A stretch of DNA of 64,000 nt from a virus (taxonomy: Duplodnaviria > Caudoviricetes), in IMG/VR virus record IMGVR_UViG_3300016665_000195, positions 2,150-66,149 of that record, one strand, 5' to 3'. Position 1 is the stretch's first letter, and each line of letters opens with the position of its first letter. Positions 53,990 through 62,499 of the stretch are shown piece after piece. The notes beneath the pieces were generated by a model. The model was given only the letters and a program-made list of their open reading frames with translations, searched no databases and was not told where the DNA came from. The position numbers and the translations under genes are program-made.

Positions 53990-54385
53990 CTACTTGGAAG
54001 CGCGACGCACGGTGATTGCGTAGCGTGATTCGACGTTCAGCCCTTCGGGCATCACGCCGGGGTTCTCGGTGAGGAACTGCTTCATGTTGGTCTGGTGGAC
54101 ACGCTGCTCCATCAGTTCCAACGCATCGTGTTCCCGGATGAAACGGTGCATGGCCGACCAGTCGTTGGTCCAGTAGCGGGTCTTCACGGTACGCGTGAAC
54201 GTGCCGTGCCGAGTCTTGCCACCGTCCTGACCGTTTGCCTTGCACAGATCCAGCAGCGCCTGCTCGATGGTATCCATCTGCTGCTTCAGACCAGCGATCT
54301 TTTCTTCATACTCGTGGGTGAGGCGGTCCTTCTCGTCGCGCATCTTGATGTAGACGGCGACCATCTGATCTGCATCGAAGGGCAT
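53990..54385 (-). CDS. conserved replication-module protein
   Basis: VAVYIKMRD coiled coil...KTRHGTFTRTVKTRYWTNDW...LMEQRV; SD AGGAG. Confidence 0.75.
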   Translation of the reverse strand: MPFDADQMVAVYIKMRDEKDRLTHEYEEKIAGLKQQMDTIEQALLDLCKANGQDGGKTRHGTFTRTVKTRYWTNDWSAMHRFIREHDALELMEQRVHQTNMKQFLTENPGVMPEGLNVESRYAITVRRASK

Positions 54386-54410
54386 GTAGGTCTCCTTTTC
54401 GGGTGCGGTT

Positions 54411-54439
54411 ACTTTGACAGAGTCATGCGACGCTGTCAA
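54411..54439 (-). promoter_or_regulatory. sigma70-type promoter with tandem 13-bp boxes
   Basis: Minus strand TTGACA-N17-CAAAGT; plus strand TTGACAGAGTCAT GCGACGCTGTCAA. Confidence 0.6.
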
Positions 54440-55986
54440 GCGATTTCTTGTCGGTACAGTTCCACCAGCGCGTCATGCATGTCGACCTTGCCGTCCAGCA
54501 GTGCGTAGATGCGGCGCTCGACCGGGCTGCCTTGGAGTCGCACCACGGTGACGGGGTTGCGCTGGCCGTTGCGATGCGCGCGGGAGTTGCCCTGCAGGTA
54601 CAGTTCGGCCGACGGCACCGGCCCCCACCACACCACCGTGTCGGCGCGCGTGAGCGTCACGCCATGCGCCGCAGCCTGCGGGATCAGCAGGATCACCTTC
54701 GGGTCGTCCTCGGTCTGGAACTGCTTGATGTAGGTCGCCCGCTGCCCGGCCGGGGTGCCACCGTGGATCGCCACCACGCTGACGTTCGCCTTGATCAACT
54801 CGTCCTGCACCTTCTCAAGGACGTGCCGGTACGGTACGAAGACGATGACCTTGTGTCGGGTCTGAGCGATGACATCCAGCAGTTCCTGCACCCGGTTGGA
54901 GACATCGAACTCCACCACCTCCCGCTCGGTCGAGTAGGCCGCGCCCTGCGCTACCTGCAAGAGCTTGTTGAGAAGACCCGCCGCGTTCACGGCATTGATC
55001 TCCGCACCTGCTGCGGTGGCGACCATCTCGTTCTTGATGAGGTCGTAGAACGTCTGCTGCTGCTTGGTGAGCGGTACGTGGCGCGTCGTGTACAGCAGGT
55101 CGGGGAGATCTAGGCACTCCTCCTTGGTGAACCGGATCGCAGGCTGCAGCACCCGGTGCACGATCTCCTGCGCCTCGGCGCGCGGTATCCACCGATACTG
55201 GGTGACCTTGACCATCACCATGTCCTTGAAGACACCCGGGAACCGGGGCACCGAGGCGGGCGAGATCAGCTTGGCCAGCCCGTAGGCATCAGCCGGCGAC
55301 TGCGACGCGGGGGTTCCCGTCATCAGCCACAAACGCGTTGTCGGTTGCAGCAGGCTGGCGACGGCTTTCCAGCGATCGGTCTGCACGCTCTTCAGAGCCG
55401 ACGCTTCGTCGCAGATGATCAGGTCGAAGCCGCCATTGGCCAGCGCCTCGTGCACCACCTTCACGCCGTCGTAGTTGGTGATCACGAACTCGTAGTCACC
55501 CTCGATCACGCGCAGCCTGCGCTTGCGATCCCCCGAGGCGATGCCCACGGTGCGGTGCATCACGGTACGGAAGAGGTCCGCACGCCACGCGGTGTCCATG
55601 ATCGACACCGGGCAGATCACCAGCACGCGCGTCACATACCCGCGCGTCATCAGGTAGTCCGCAGCCCACGCTGCAGCACTGGTCTTGCCGGTGCCGGGGT
55701 CGTTCAGCACTAGGCACCGGGGGTGGGTGGCTAGGAACGCTGCGGTCGTGCGCTGGTGTTCGAACGGTGTGTAGACGCCCGGCCACTTGTACTTGCCGAG
55801 GATCGGATGCGGGACGTTCTTGATGCGCAGGTTGCGCAGGATGCGCGCCTCGTCCTCACCCCAGTTGACCAGCACTTGCGCGTGGTCGCCGTTGCGATCG
55901 AGGATCTTGCTCTTCGGGATCAGTGCGGCAATCTGTTCTGCTTTCTTGGTTACGAATAGAAGTGCACGGTTGTCAATTACTTGCAT
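54436..55986 (-). CDS. SNF2-family (SF2) helicase
   Basis: NDPGTGKT, IICDEAS, LMTGTP, HGVTLT, QGNSRAHRNGQ. Confidence 0.9.
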   Translation of the reverse strand: MQVIDNRALLFVTKKAEQIAALIPKSKILDRNGDHAQVLVNWGEDEARILRNLRIKNVPHPILGKYKWPGVYTPFEHQRTTAAFLATHPRCLVLNDPGTGKTSAAAWAADYLMTRGYVTRVLVICPVSIMDTAWRADLFRTVMHRTVGIASGDRKRRLRVIEGDYEFVITNYDGVKVVHEALANGGFDLIICDEASALKSVQTDRWKAVASLLQPTTRLWLMTGTPASQSPADAYGLAKLISPASVPRFPGVFKDMVMVKVTQYRWIPRAEAQEIVHRVLQPAIRFTKEECLDLPDLLYTTRHVPLTKQQQTFYDLIKNEMVATAAGAEINAVNAAGLLNKLLQVAQGAAYSTEREVVEFDVSNRVQELLDVIAQTRHKVIVFVPYRHVLEKVQDELIKANVSVVAIHGGTPAGQRATYIKQFQTEDDPKVILLIPQAAAHGVTLTRADTVVWWGPVPSAELYLQGNSRAHRNGQRNPVTVVRLQGSPVERRIYALLDGKVDMHDALVELYRQEIA

Positions 55987-56013
55987 TAGAGGGCCTTCGG
56001 TAAAGCCAAAAGA

Positions 56014-56038
56014 GCGAGGTAGGAAAGTCCTACCTCGC
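56014..56038. other. 10-bp-stem hairpin upstream of the helicase
   Basis: GCGAGGTAGG-AAAGT-CCTACCTCGC; one arm is repeated at 56369-56378. Confidence 0.7.
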
Positions 56039-56094
56039 AACCTACATCCCGGATTGGAGACACACCCGGCTTGCGCCGGGCCAAACCAGTATAA

Positions 56095-56365
56095 CTACGC
56101 TTTGCGCGACTTCATAGCACCCGTGGAGGTGCGTGCGAACGATCGATTCTTGGACTTCGGCACGACCCGCAGGTTGCTCGGCGTCGTGGTACCACCCTTG
56201 CTGATCGGCTTGACGTGATCCACGTCCATGCCATCACCCTTATGCACCTTGCCTTCACGTTCAAGCATGCGGCGAGCCTTGGTGCGCTGCGCTCGATTCT
56301 TGATCTGTTCGGGCTTGCCGTGATACGCCTGATACTCGCTATTTATAGTCACGCGGTTTCGCCAT
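56095..56365 (-). pseudogene. HNH endonuclease with an apparent +1 frameshift after codon 8
   Basis: SD GAGGT + ATG 56365 reads MAKPRDYK-TAG; the +1 frame continues SEYQAYHGKPEQIKNR...DVDHVKPISKGG...NLRVVPKSKNRS. Confidence 0.6.
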
Positions 56366-56423
56366 GACCCTACCTCGCTTTCCCACGGACTTCACCCGTG
56401 GCTAGGTGCGGGCGTCGCCCGCG

Positions 56424-57083
56424 TCACCGATGCTCGCACGCGTCCTTCGATACTGGGCAGAACTTGCACAGACCACTCGGGGACGCATTCCAGACGCCAT
56501 TCTCCAGCGCAACGGCGATCCGGTCTACCTCTCCAGCCCACTTCGACCAGATCTCGGGAAGCTGGTCCCGGTGGTAGTCCGCCGATACCGTCGTGCCTGC
56601 GACCACGAAGATCAGCATGCCCTTGACGCGCTGCACCGTCGGGTAGTGCGACATCACCATCGCAGCCATCAGTTCAAGCTGCGAGGTATCGGCGAACCGT
56701 GCCGACTTCCCCGTCTTCCAATCACCCACCCACGCTCTGGTTCGCGCGCCGTTCAGCATCAGCAGGTCCGGGATCCCCCGGAACCATACGTCCTCGTCGA
56801 AGAACCCGCACGGGCTGAAGTCCTTCCGGACTCCAATCTTTGCCTCGCACAGGATCTCCCGCCCGGTGTCCTTCAGCTTGTCGAGCGCAGGCTGGTGCCG
56901 CAGCAGGTCGTCCGGCAGTGGCTCCCCGTTCGTCAGGTACAGTTCGAATGCCTTGTGCACCCGTTCGCCGTACATCGTCGCTTCGGTGGGCGACGACTTG
57001 AAGTTCTTCAGGATGCGGACCTGATGGTACCGACGGGCGCATCCAGCAAAGTCTTTTACGGAAGAGAACGAGTGCTTGAGCAT
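56424..57083 (-). CDS. Cas4/RecB-like PD-(D/E)XK exonuclease
   Basis: HSFSS...F..C.R.Y...GERVH...E...FRGIPDL...DWKTGK...QLELMA...C.FCP....C (Fe-S Cys pattern). Confidence 0.85.
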   Translation of the reverse strand: MLKHSFSSVKDFAGCARRYHQVRILKNFKSSPTEATMYGERVHKAFELYLTNGEPLPDDLLRHQPALDKLKDTGREILCEAKIGVRKDFSPCGFFDEDVWFRGIPDLLMLNGARTRAWVGDWKTGKSARFADTSQLELMAAMVMSHYPTVQRVKGMLIFVVAGTTVSADYHRDQLPEIWSKWAGEVDRIAVALENGVWNASPSGLCKFCPVSKDACEHR

Positions 57084-57115
57084 GGGACGGTTTTCACGTT
57101 CGTGACCGTCCGACT

Positions 57116-59887
57116 TTAGCATGCTCCATACGATTCGCCGACGCCCGACTCGCAGGAAAGTGGCAGTCCTTTTGCCCATGACGGGTTGCTCCGCATGCAC
57201 TCTTCGACGAACGCCTGTGCGGCGTCGGCCTCCTCCTTCGGTGCTACGCACACAACAGAGTCATGCACGGTCAGCACCACCGGATACCGCTTGGAGATCA
57301 TCAGCATCTGCTCCCCAATAATGCAGCGCGCCACGCCCTGTGTAATATTTTCGACGCACTTGGCTCCGTATATATACGTAGTCTCTCCGCGAGATGTATA
57401 CACCCACTGCGCCTTACCGGACTCGGATGCTACTTGCCTTAGCTCCGGATACTGGACGTGAAGCCTGTTGGGAAGCGATACCCCTCTACGCGGCACTACC
57501 AGAGCGATGCCGCGCTCGTCTATGCGATACGTCATGCCGGCGGCAAGGTACGTCAACGCCGTGTCGGCCCGCTTCCAGAAGTCCACGATGCGGTGATTCG
57601 CATGCCGGTAAGTATCGACCAGCCGCTTGGCCTCGGCCTCGTCCACCTCAACCCCTGCTTGCACCTTGAGGAACGCACGCAGTTTCTTGTGCCCCACGCC
57701 GTAGCCGCATCCGAGTACTAAGGTTTTCCCTACCTGACGTTGGTACTTACTAACTTGATCGGTGGGTATCCCGTACACCTTACTGGCCATCAGCTTGTAT
57801 ACGTCCTCCTTGTTGGCGAACGCCTCGACGAGGTCGTCCTGACCGGCCAGCCACGCGAGCGTGCGGCAGTTGGAGATAATCACGCCATTCGCGGTGAACC
57901 GATGCCGCGGACCAGCGTTAGTTATGTCGAAAACCGGGATAACACGTCTTGAACCGACGCCCTTCGATCGACTAGCCAAGCCCGAGTCGTAGTTACATGA
58001 CAGCGAAGCCCCGATTCCCGATGAAATTTTTGAATGCTCATTAGTTTGCCGCGAAACTCCACCAATGTATTGCACTCCCGGTTCTGCGCGTTTTCCTCCC
58101 GCGTCTCTAACCGCAAATTGCCCGGTTCGTAGTGCCCCGTATTGTCGATCCGGCCGATCTCTACCCCCCGGTACGTGGGATGCGGCAAATTCTCCCATAC
58201 GTACCGTACGAACGCCTCGCACGACGCGAATCGGTTTTGCGTACCTCGCTCCCGGTATGCTCGGTAGGCCGGATTGGTGCACGACGGGTTGGTACACGAC
58301 GTAATCCGGTTGTATCTCGCCCGGAGCGTACGGGATACTTGCGGGGGTAGCGTCGAGTAGTACGGGTGCGCTGCGGCACCTTGCTTGCACTGTGTAGATT
58401 TTCCGCTGCGCAAATCCGATAACCGCACTAGATACTTTCGAGAGCAGTGCGCGCACTGCGCCCACACTCGTTGTACTCCGCCCAGCGGAATCGGGTCGGG
58501 TAGTATCCGCCACGAACCGTACTGCTTTCCCACCTCGCTCTCCAACAGCGAGCGACGCGCCCTCACTCGCCGCCACAGAGAGCTGTAGTCTTCGGCCGTC
58601 GGCGGTGTAAACGATGTGGTCAGGGGTTCCTGTGATTCCGGCATATGTGATCACCTCCCGATACCCCTTAAACACGACTCCGGTATGCGATACCCACTCG
58701 ACGCCATCCCAGAGAAGGTCAGTTTTGAGTATGTCGACAATCCTAACGTACCCACGATCCCGGGTCAACACTTCGGTGTCACCGGAAACGCATTCAATTT
58801 GGGCCGAGTCAGACTCAATTAAGACATGATCTTTTGGCGGGAGGATCGCGCGCTTCAACTTGCCAGCCTGTGGCCCGCGAGAAGGTAGGTTTTGAAGGTT
58901 CACGGAATCCTGCCCGGCCCAACGACCTACGTGTCCGCCGTAGTACCGCAGGGGGACCGGGAAGTCCCCCCGCCCTGACATCTCGATGAACCGCTCGGTG
59001 CGGGTCTCCTCCAGCGTGGACTTGTTCCCGAGGCGCGCAGCGACCAGTGCCTGCACGCACTCGTCCGAGTGGTCTTGCAGCGCGATGAACTCCTCGTCCG
59101 TCTTGGCGAACGCATACACCTCCTTGCCGGTCGTGATGCTGACCTTCACGGGAGGCTCGACGCCGCAGTCGCGCAGCATCTGCGCGAACTTCTCGTTCGA
59201 CATCAACTGCCGCTTCAGTTCCTCGTCGTTCGTTATGCCCAGCTTGTCGGAGACTGCGTCCAGAAGATCCTGCTTGCGGTGCTTCACATCCCGCAGGTGC
59301 TCGATCAGCAGGTCGGCATCCAGTCGCAGGCGCGGCTGCGTGAACATTCGGACCGTCAGGTCGATCAGCTTCAACTCGACCTGCGGGAATCCCATCGTCA
59401 GATACTGCTGGAAGAGCTTGTACGTAAGCTCCACGTCGTTCTTGCAGTACTCGCCGTAGCGCGCGAGGTCGGCCGGTGCGAAGTCCTTGAACCGCTTGCC
59501 AAGCGCGTACACCACCTCGTCGCCCTTCGTACCGATCTCTGCACGGAACGCCTGCGAGGCGAGGCTGTGGCTCTTCTCGTGCGGGAACAGCGCCCGCGAC
59601 ATCGCGAGCGTATCGAAGTACCCCTTGGGCACGATCCCGTAGCGCCACGCGAGGATGGCACCGTCGAACATCGTGTTCTGGCAGAGCAGGAACGCCTGCG
59701 ACCAGTCGATGGCACGCAGTGCCGCCTCCACCTCCGGCTGCGGGTACCACCGGGTCGGGCCGTCGTCGATCTTGATGGCCACCCCGATCGTCTCGTACTC
59801 CGGCGAACGAATGTATGCCTCGGTGGTTAAACGGCTCAAACTGTAAGTGGTGCTGTAATGAGTTTCAAAATCTGCTGCGATCAGCAC
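57116..59887 (-). CDS. polA: family A DNA polymerase, intein-interrupted
   Basis: 3'-5' exo DFET, QNTMFDG, YCKNDV; polymerase DSAQIE|CR, RQVGKTLVLGCGYG, ENITQGVAR, TVHDS. Confidence 0.92.
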   Translation of the reverse strand: MLIAADFETHYSTTYSLSRLTTEAYIRSPEYETIGVAIKIDDGPTRWYPQPEVEAALRAIDWSQAFLLCQNTMFDGAILAWRYGIVPKGYFDTLAMSRALFPHEKSHSLASQAFRAEIGTKGDEVVYALGKRFKDFAPADLARYGEYCKNDVELTYKLFQQYLTMGFPQVELKLIDLTVRMFTQPRLRLDADLLIEHLRDVKHRKQDLLDAVSDKLGITNDEELKRQLMSNEKFAQMLRDCGVEPPVKVSITTGKEVYAFAKTDEEFIALQDHSDECVQALVAARLGNKSTLEETRTERFIEMSGRGDFPVPLRYYGGHVGRWAGQDSVNLQNLPSRGPQAGKLKRAILPPKDHVLIESDSAQIECVSGDTEVLTRDRGYVRIVDILKTDLLWDGVEWVSHTGVVFKGYREVITYAGITGTPDHIVYTADGRRLQLSVAASEGASLAVGERGGKAVRFVADTTRPDSAGRSTTSVGAVRALLSKVSSAVIGFAQRKIYTVQARCRSAPVLLDATPASIPYAPGEIQPDYVVYQPVVHQSGLPSIPGARYAKPIRVVRGVRTVRMGEFAASHVPGGRDRPDRQYGALRTGQFAVRDAGGKRAEPGVQYIGGVSRQTNEHSKISSGIGASLSCNYDSGLASRSKGVGSRRVIPVFDITNAGPRHRFTANGVIISNCRTLAWLAGQDDLVEAFANKEDVYKLMASKVYGIPTDQVSKYQRQVGKTLVLGCGYGVGHKKLRAFLKVQAGVEVDEAEAKRLVDTYRHANHRIVDFWKRADTALTYLAAGMTYRIDERGIALVVPRRGVSLPNRLHVQYPELRQVASESGKAQWVYTSRGETTYIYGAKCVENITQGVARCIIGEQMLMISKRYPVVLTVHDSVVCVAPKEEADAAQAFVEECMRSNPSWAKGLPLSCESGVGESYGAC
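57869..58792 (-). mobile_element. intein (308 aa) in polymerase motif A
   Basis: Starts CVSGDTEVLT (Cys1 at 58792), block B GITGTPDHIVYT, block F VIPVFDITNAGPRHRF, ends VIISN before extein Cys+1; removal restores DSAQIECRTLAWLAG. Confidence 0.92.
57922..58644 (-). CDS. HNH homing endonuclease nested in the +1 frame within the intein
   Basis: SD GGAGGTG 7 nt before the ATG; AQCAHC...LRSGKSTQC; CTNP...YRAYRERG; EIGRIDNTGHYEPGNLRLETREENAQNR. Confidence 0.85.
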   Translation of the reverse strand: MPESQEPLTTSFTPPTAEDYSSLWRRVRARRSLLESEVGKQYGSWRILPDPIPLGGVQRVWAQCAHCSRKYLVRLSDLRSGKSTQCKQGAAAHPYYSTLPPQVSRTLRARYNRITSCTNPSCTNPAYRAYRERGTQNRFASCEAFVRYVWENLPHPTYRGVEIGRIDNTGHYEPGNLRLETREENAQNRECNTLVEFRGKLMSIQKFHRESGLRCHVTTTRAWLVDRRASVQDVLSRFST

Positions 59888-60033
59888 GGCTTATCCTTCG
59901 TAGGTTCTTTTACCCGAACCACCCGCTTGCGCAGGCGTTCTCGTAGCTTCTTCTTTTCCTGCGGCTCTACCGGCAGTACGGCATGCTCACGCAGTATGCG
60001 TTCAAGCTGCTCTTTGGTTGGATCGCAGACCAT
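59881..60033 (-). CDS. small basic hypothetical protein (50 aa)
   Basis: Manual translation MVCDPTKEQLERILREH...KDKPC; stop overlaps the polymerase GTG. Confidence 0.4.
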   Translation of the reverse strand: MVCDPTKEQLERILREHAVLPVEPQEKKKLRERLRKRVVRVKEPTKDKPC

Positions 60034-60313
60034 CGATCACCTTCGACAGGTCGGATAGGTTGTCCTCGTTGATCACCAGCGCCACGCCGCCGGCCTTCAA
60101 GATCGCGTCGATCTCCATCACTTGCAGCGCAGTGGGTTTGTTCTTGCCTGCCTTGCACTCGACCGCGAGGAAGAACCCGTCCACGCATGCGATGAAGTCG
60201 GGGATGCCGACCCGCCCGTAGCCGTTGGCGGCGGGCATGAAGTAGTAGATCTTGTTGAGTTGCAGGATCTTCTTGACCTTGGCCTTGACGGCTGCTTCCG
60301 GGGTCATCGCCAT
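60002..60313 (-). CDS. VRR-NUC domain nuclease (Holliday-junction resolvase-like)
   Basis: TPEAAVK...GIPDFIAC...FLAVECKAGKNKPTALQ. Confidence 0.88.
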   Translation of the reverse strand: MAMTPEAAVKAKVKKILQLNKIYYFMPAANGYGRVGIPDFIACVDGFFLAVECKAGKNKPTALQVMEIDAILKAGGVALVINEDNLSDLSKVIDGLRSNQRAA

Positions 60314-60314
60314 C

Positions 60315-60539
60315 TCAGTACCCCCGCACTTCGCGAAGCTTCTGCATGTAGTGCCGTGCCTTGTCGGCATCGTCATCGGCACCGGGCTTACGCCCGGCAC
60401 GCAGCGCGTACTTGATCGAATTGCCCTTGAGGAAACCGACGAATTCCTCGGGCGTCAGTACCGCTTCCATCAACGTCCACGGCTCCACGGGCATCTTCTT
60501 GTAATGGTCGCCTCCGACCTCGATTTCGTCTGCGTTCAC
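60315..60539 (-). CDS. DUF3310 (SaV-like) protein
   Basis: VGGDHY...GFLKGNSIKYALRAGRK...DKARHY; SD AGGAGG. Confidence 0.85.
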   Translation of the reverse strand: MNADEIEVGGDHYKKMPVEPWTLMEAVLTPEEFVGFLKGNSIKYALRAGRKPGADDDADKARHYMQKLREVRGY

Positions 60540-60567
60540 TTTGCGCCTCCTATCGGTCCTGTTTTCG

Positions 60568-61443
60568 TTACGGGGCTGGTACAGGGGTCGGTCCACTATG
60601 TGTTGCGTCCAGCGTAATTTTGAACCCGTCCATGACTATTTCTTTCACCCCCCGCCAATGCTCGGAAACCGGAGTTATTGCGGTTTTCTTTCGGCGAACA
60701 TGTCTACTTACCCAATGAAGAATAGCTTTGCGGCGGCCCGATGGGGTAAGCGGCGCATCCCGCAATGAGAACAATTCTTTATGCGCCCCAAGTGGTACAG
60801 GAAAACACAGTGTTGCGTGTTCTTGAACTGTAGCCAAAATTGCGTTGGGGCGATGTGCATCTTCGATAATCGATGCAGCGAGCACAGCGGACTGAGAGTC
60901 AGTCCGCGATGCGGCACCCTTTGACCCTACAAAACACACAGGCAATGGCACCCCTTTCGCGCTGATAGCGGCGACACGCTGAAAGTATTCTTCTTGCCCC
61001 GTAGAAGTAATACTCCGGCCATGAACTTCGTATAGCGACGGCCGCCCCGTTCCGGCAATGTATACCCCCTTCGGAGTCCGGCGAAGTTTTCGGTACCCGA
61101 TCCACTCTACGCAATCGGCTTTGAGAACCGCTACCTCGGCGCTTTCAGCCAAGATGTCCTGTATGGGGGTTGCGAGCAGGTCGGTATCTAGGGCGTATAT
61201 TCGTTCTGAGTCTACGACATCGACGGTATAGACCCGCTTCGGCTTCATAGGCGAAAACTTGAGTAGGCAATTGCCCGCGTCACGTGCCGCAAGGTACGGA
61301 GCCGCCGAGGCGCTACCGCTCATTACACATTCCATCGGAGGAGCCACCACCGATTCCGCGCAAACCAAATGCGCAAGAAGCGTCTCAATCCAATCGTCTG
61401 ACAAAGGTTGTTCAGCAACTTTCGGGTCTAACTCATCTTTCAT
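60568..61443 (-). CDS. hypothetical protein, visibly more AT-rich
   Basis: 291 aa; C-terminal RRKAILHWVSRHVR...VSEHWRG. Confidence 0.7.
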   Translation of the reverse strand: MKDELDPKVAEQPLSDDWIETLLAHLVCAESVVAPPMECVMSGSASAAPYLAARDAGNCLLKFSPMKPKRVYTVDVVDSERIYALDTDLLATPIQDILAESAEVAVLKADCVEWIGYRKLRRTPKGVYIAGTGRPSLYEVHGRSITSTGQEEYFQRVAAISAKGVPLPVCFVGSKGAASRTDSQSAVLAASIIEDAHRPNAILATVQEHATLCFPVPLGAHKELFSLRDAPLTPSGRRKAILHWVSRHVRRKKTAITPVSEHWRGVKEIVMDGFKITLDATHSGPTPVPAP

Positions 61444-61834
61444 GGCTTTGCTCCTGTTTGGTGTAAGCAATCATCAACGACTTCACATCCAGCTTGCCGA
61501 GGATCCGCAGGCATTCCTGCGCGCCGTGCTGTACTGCATTCAACTCCAAATCCGTCAGGCTCCACACACCCGTATGGGCGAACCGTTCGCAAACTGTTTT
61601 GAGGTGCAGCGCACCGGACTGGATGGCGACGATCGCCGGCCGATCGATCTTCTTCAACGCGGCCGCACCCCCCACCGTGTTGAACAGCGTAAGTGCAGAG
61701 TCGATCAGGTGCGCGTTGGGTTGGATCCGCAGTCCGATCTCCACCGACTCGGCGCATTCCTTGAACGATGTGTACAGCCCGTGGGTGACGGGTGCGTTGA
61801 TGATCCGTGGCCGGTACTTGGCCCGCTTCCTCAT
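61433..61834 (-). CDS. hypothetical phage protein
   Basis: MRKRAKYRPRIINAPV...; ATGA overlap with the thyX stop. Confidence 0.7.
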   Translation of the reverse strand: MRKRAKYRPRIINAPVTHGLYTSFKECAESVEIGLRIQPNAHLIDSALTLFNTVGGAAALKKIDRPAIVAIQSGALHLKTVCERFAHTGVWSLTDLELNAVQHGAQECLRILGKLDVKSLMIAYTKQEQSHER

Positions 61835-62487
61835 GACGGCAGCGGTGACTGGGTTTCGCGCAGCGCCTCCGCTACGCTCGGATACTGCTTGTCCAGAAGT
61901 GCATAGCACCGCTCGGCGATCTCCTGCGTCTCGCGCTGCGTGCCGTTGCCCATGCGAAGCTGGCAGAAGTGGATCCAACTGCGCAGGCTGCCCTTCATGT
62001 ACATCCGGGTAGCCGTCAGCCCCTCGGGGAGCACGGCACGGGCCACCTCCTTGGCAAGTCCACGCGCAAGCGCACGCTCGTAGACCTGATGCGTGACCGA
62101 CTCCACCCCACGCTGCATCTCCTCCCACCACTTGTGCGTGTAGCGGTCGTCGGTCGGGATGCTGTTCTGCCGGTTGTTCGGATCCTGCATGCGCGCAGGC
62201 CGGTACTCGGCGGAAGGCAACAGTGTCACGTCGGCATACCGCTGGCTGAACTCCTGAAAGAAGAACGACCGATGCCGCAGAAGCTGCCGTCCGATGTCCC
62301 GCGTCGTGCTGATCTCCACGCACATGTCCACCATCTCGAAAGGCGACCAGTGCTGATGCTTGATCAGGTAGCGGATCAGCCGTGAGGCAGGATCGTTCGG
62401 CTTCGCGTCCGGGTTGGATACCCGTGCCATGTAGCCAAGAAGATCTTCCCCTTTCGGAGTGGCCCACACCAGTTTGACCTTGCTCAT
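61831..62487 (-). CDS. thyX: FAD-dependent thymidylate synthase
   Basis: HWSPFEM, ThyX motif RHRSFFFQEFSQRY, VARAVLP, SLRSWIHF..LR. Confidence 0.95.
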   Translation of the reverse strand: MSKVKLVWATPKGEDLLGYMARVSNPDAKPNDPASRLIRYLIKHQHWSPFEMVDMCVEISTTRDIGRQLLRHRSFFFQEFSQRYADVTLLPSAEYRPARMQDPNNRQNSIPTDDRYTHKWWEEMQRGVESVTHQVYERALARGLAKEVARAVLPEGLTATRMYMKGSLRSWIHFCQLRMGNGTQRETQEIAERCYALLDKQYPSVAEALRETQSPLPS

Positions 62488-62499
62488 CCAGACCTCCGG

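Noticed and set aside
53967-54245. Long N-terminal extension of the SSB-like ORF
   Set aside because: Overlaps the gene at 53990-54385; the SD-supported start is at 53966
57869-58792. Group I intron in the polymerase
   Set aside because: The polymerase frame is uninterrupted and has Cys1, block B/F and terminal Asn-Cys, which indicates protein splicing
61835-62467. N-terminal extension of the 61433-62467 ORF overlapping thyX
   Set aside because: Plausible protein starts at ATG 61834, coupled to the thyX stop; the upstream part has no RBS or motif, unlike the two overlaps reported as findings
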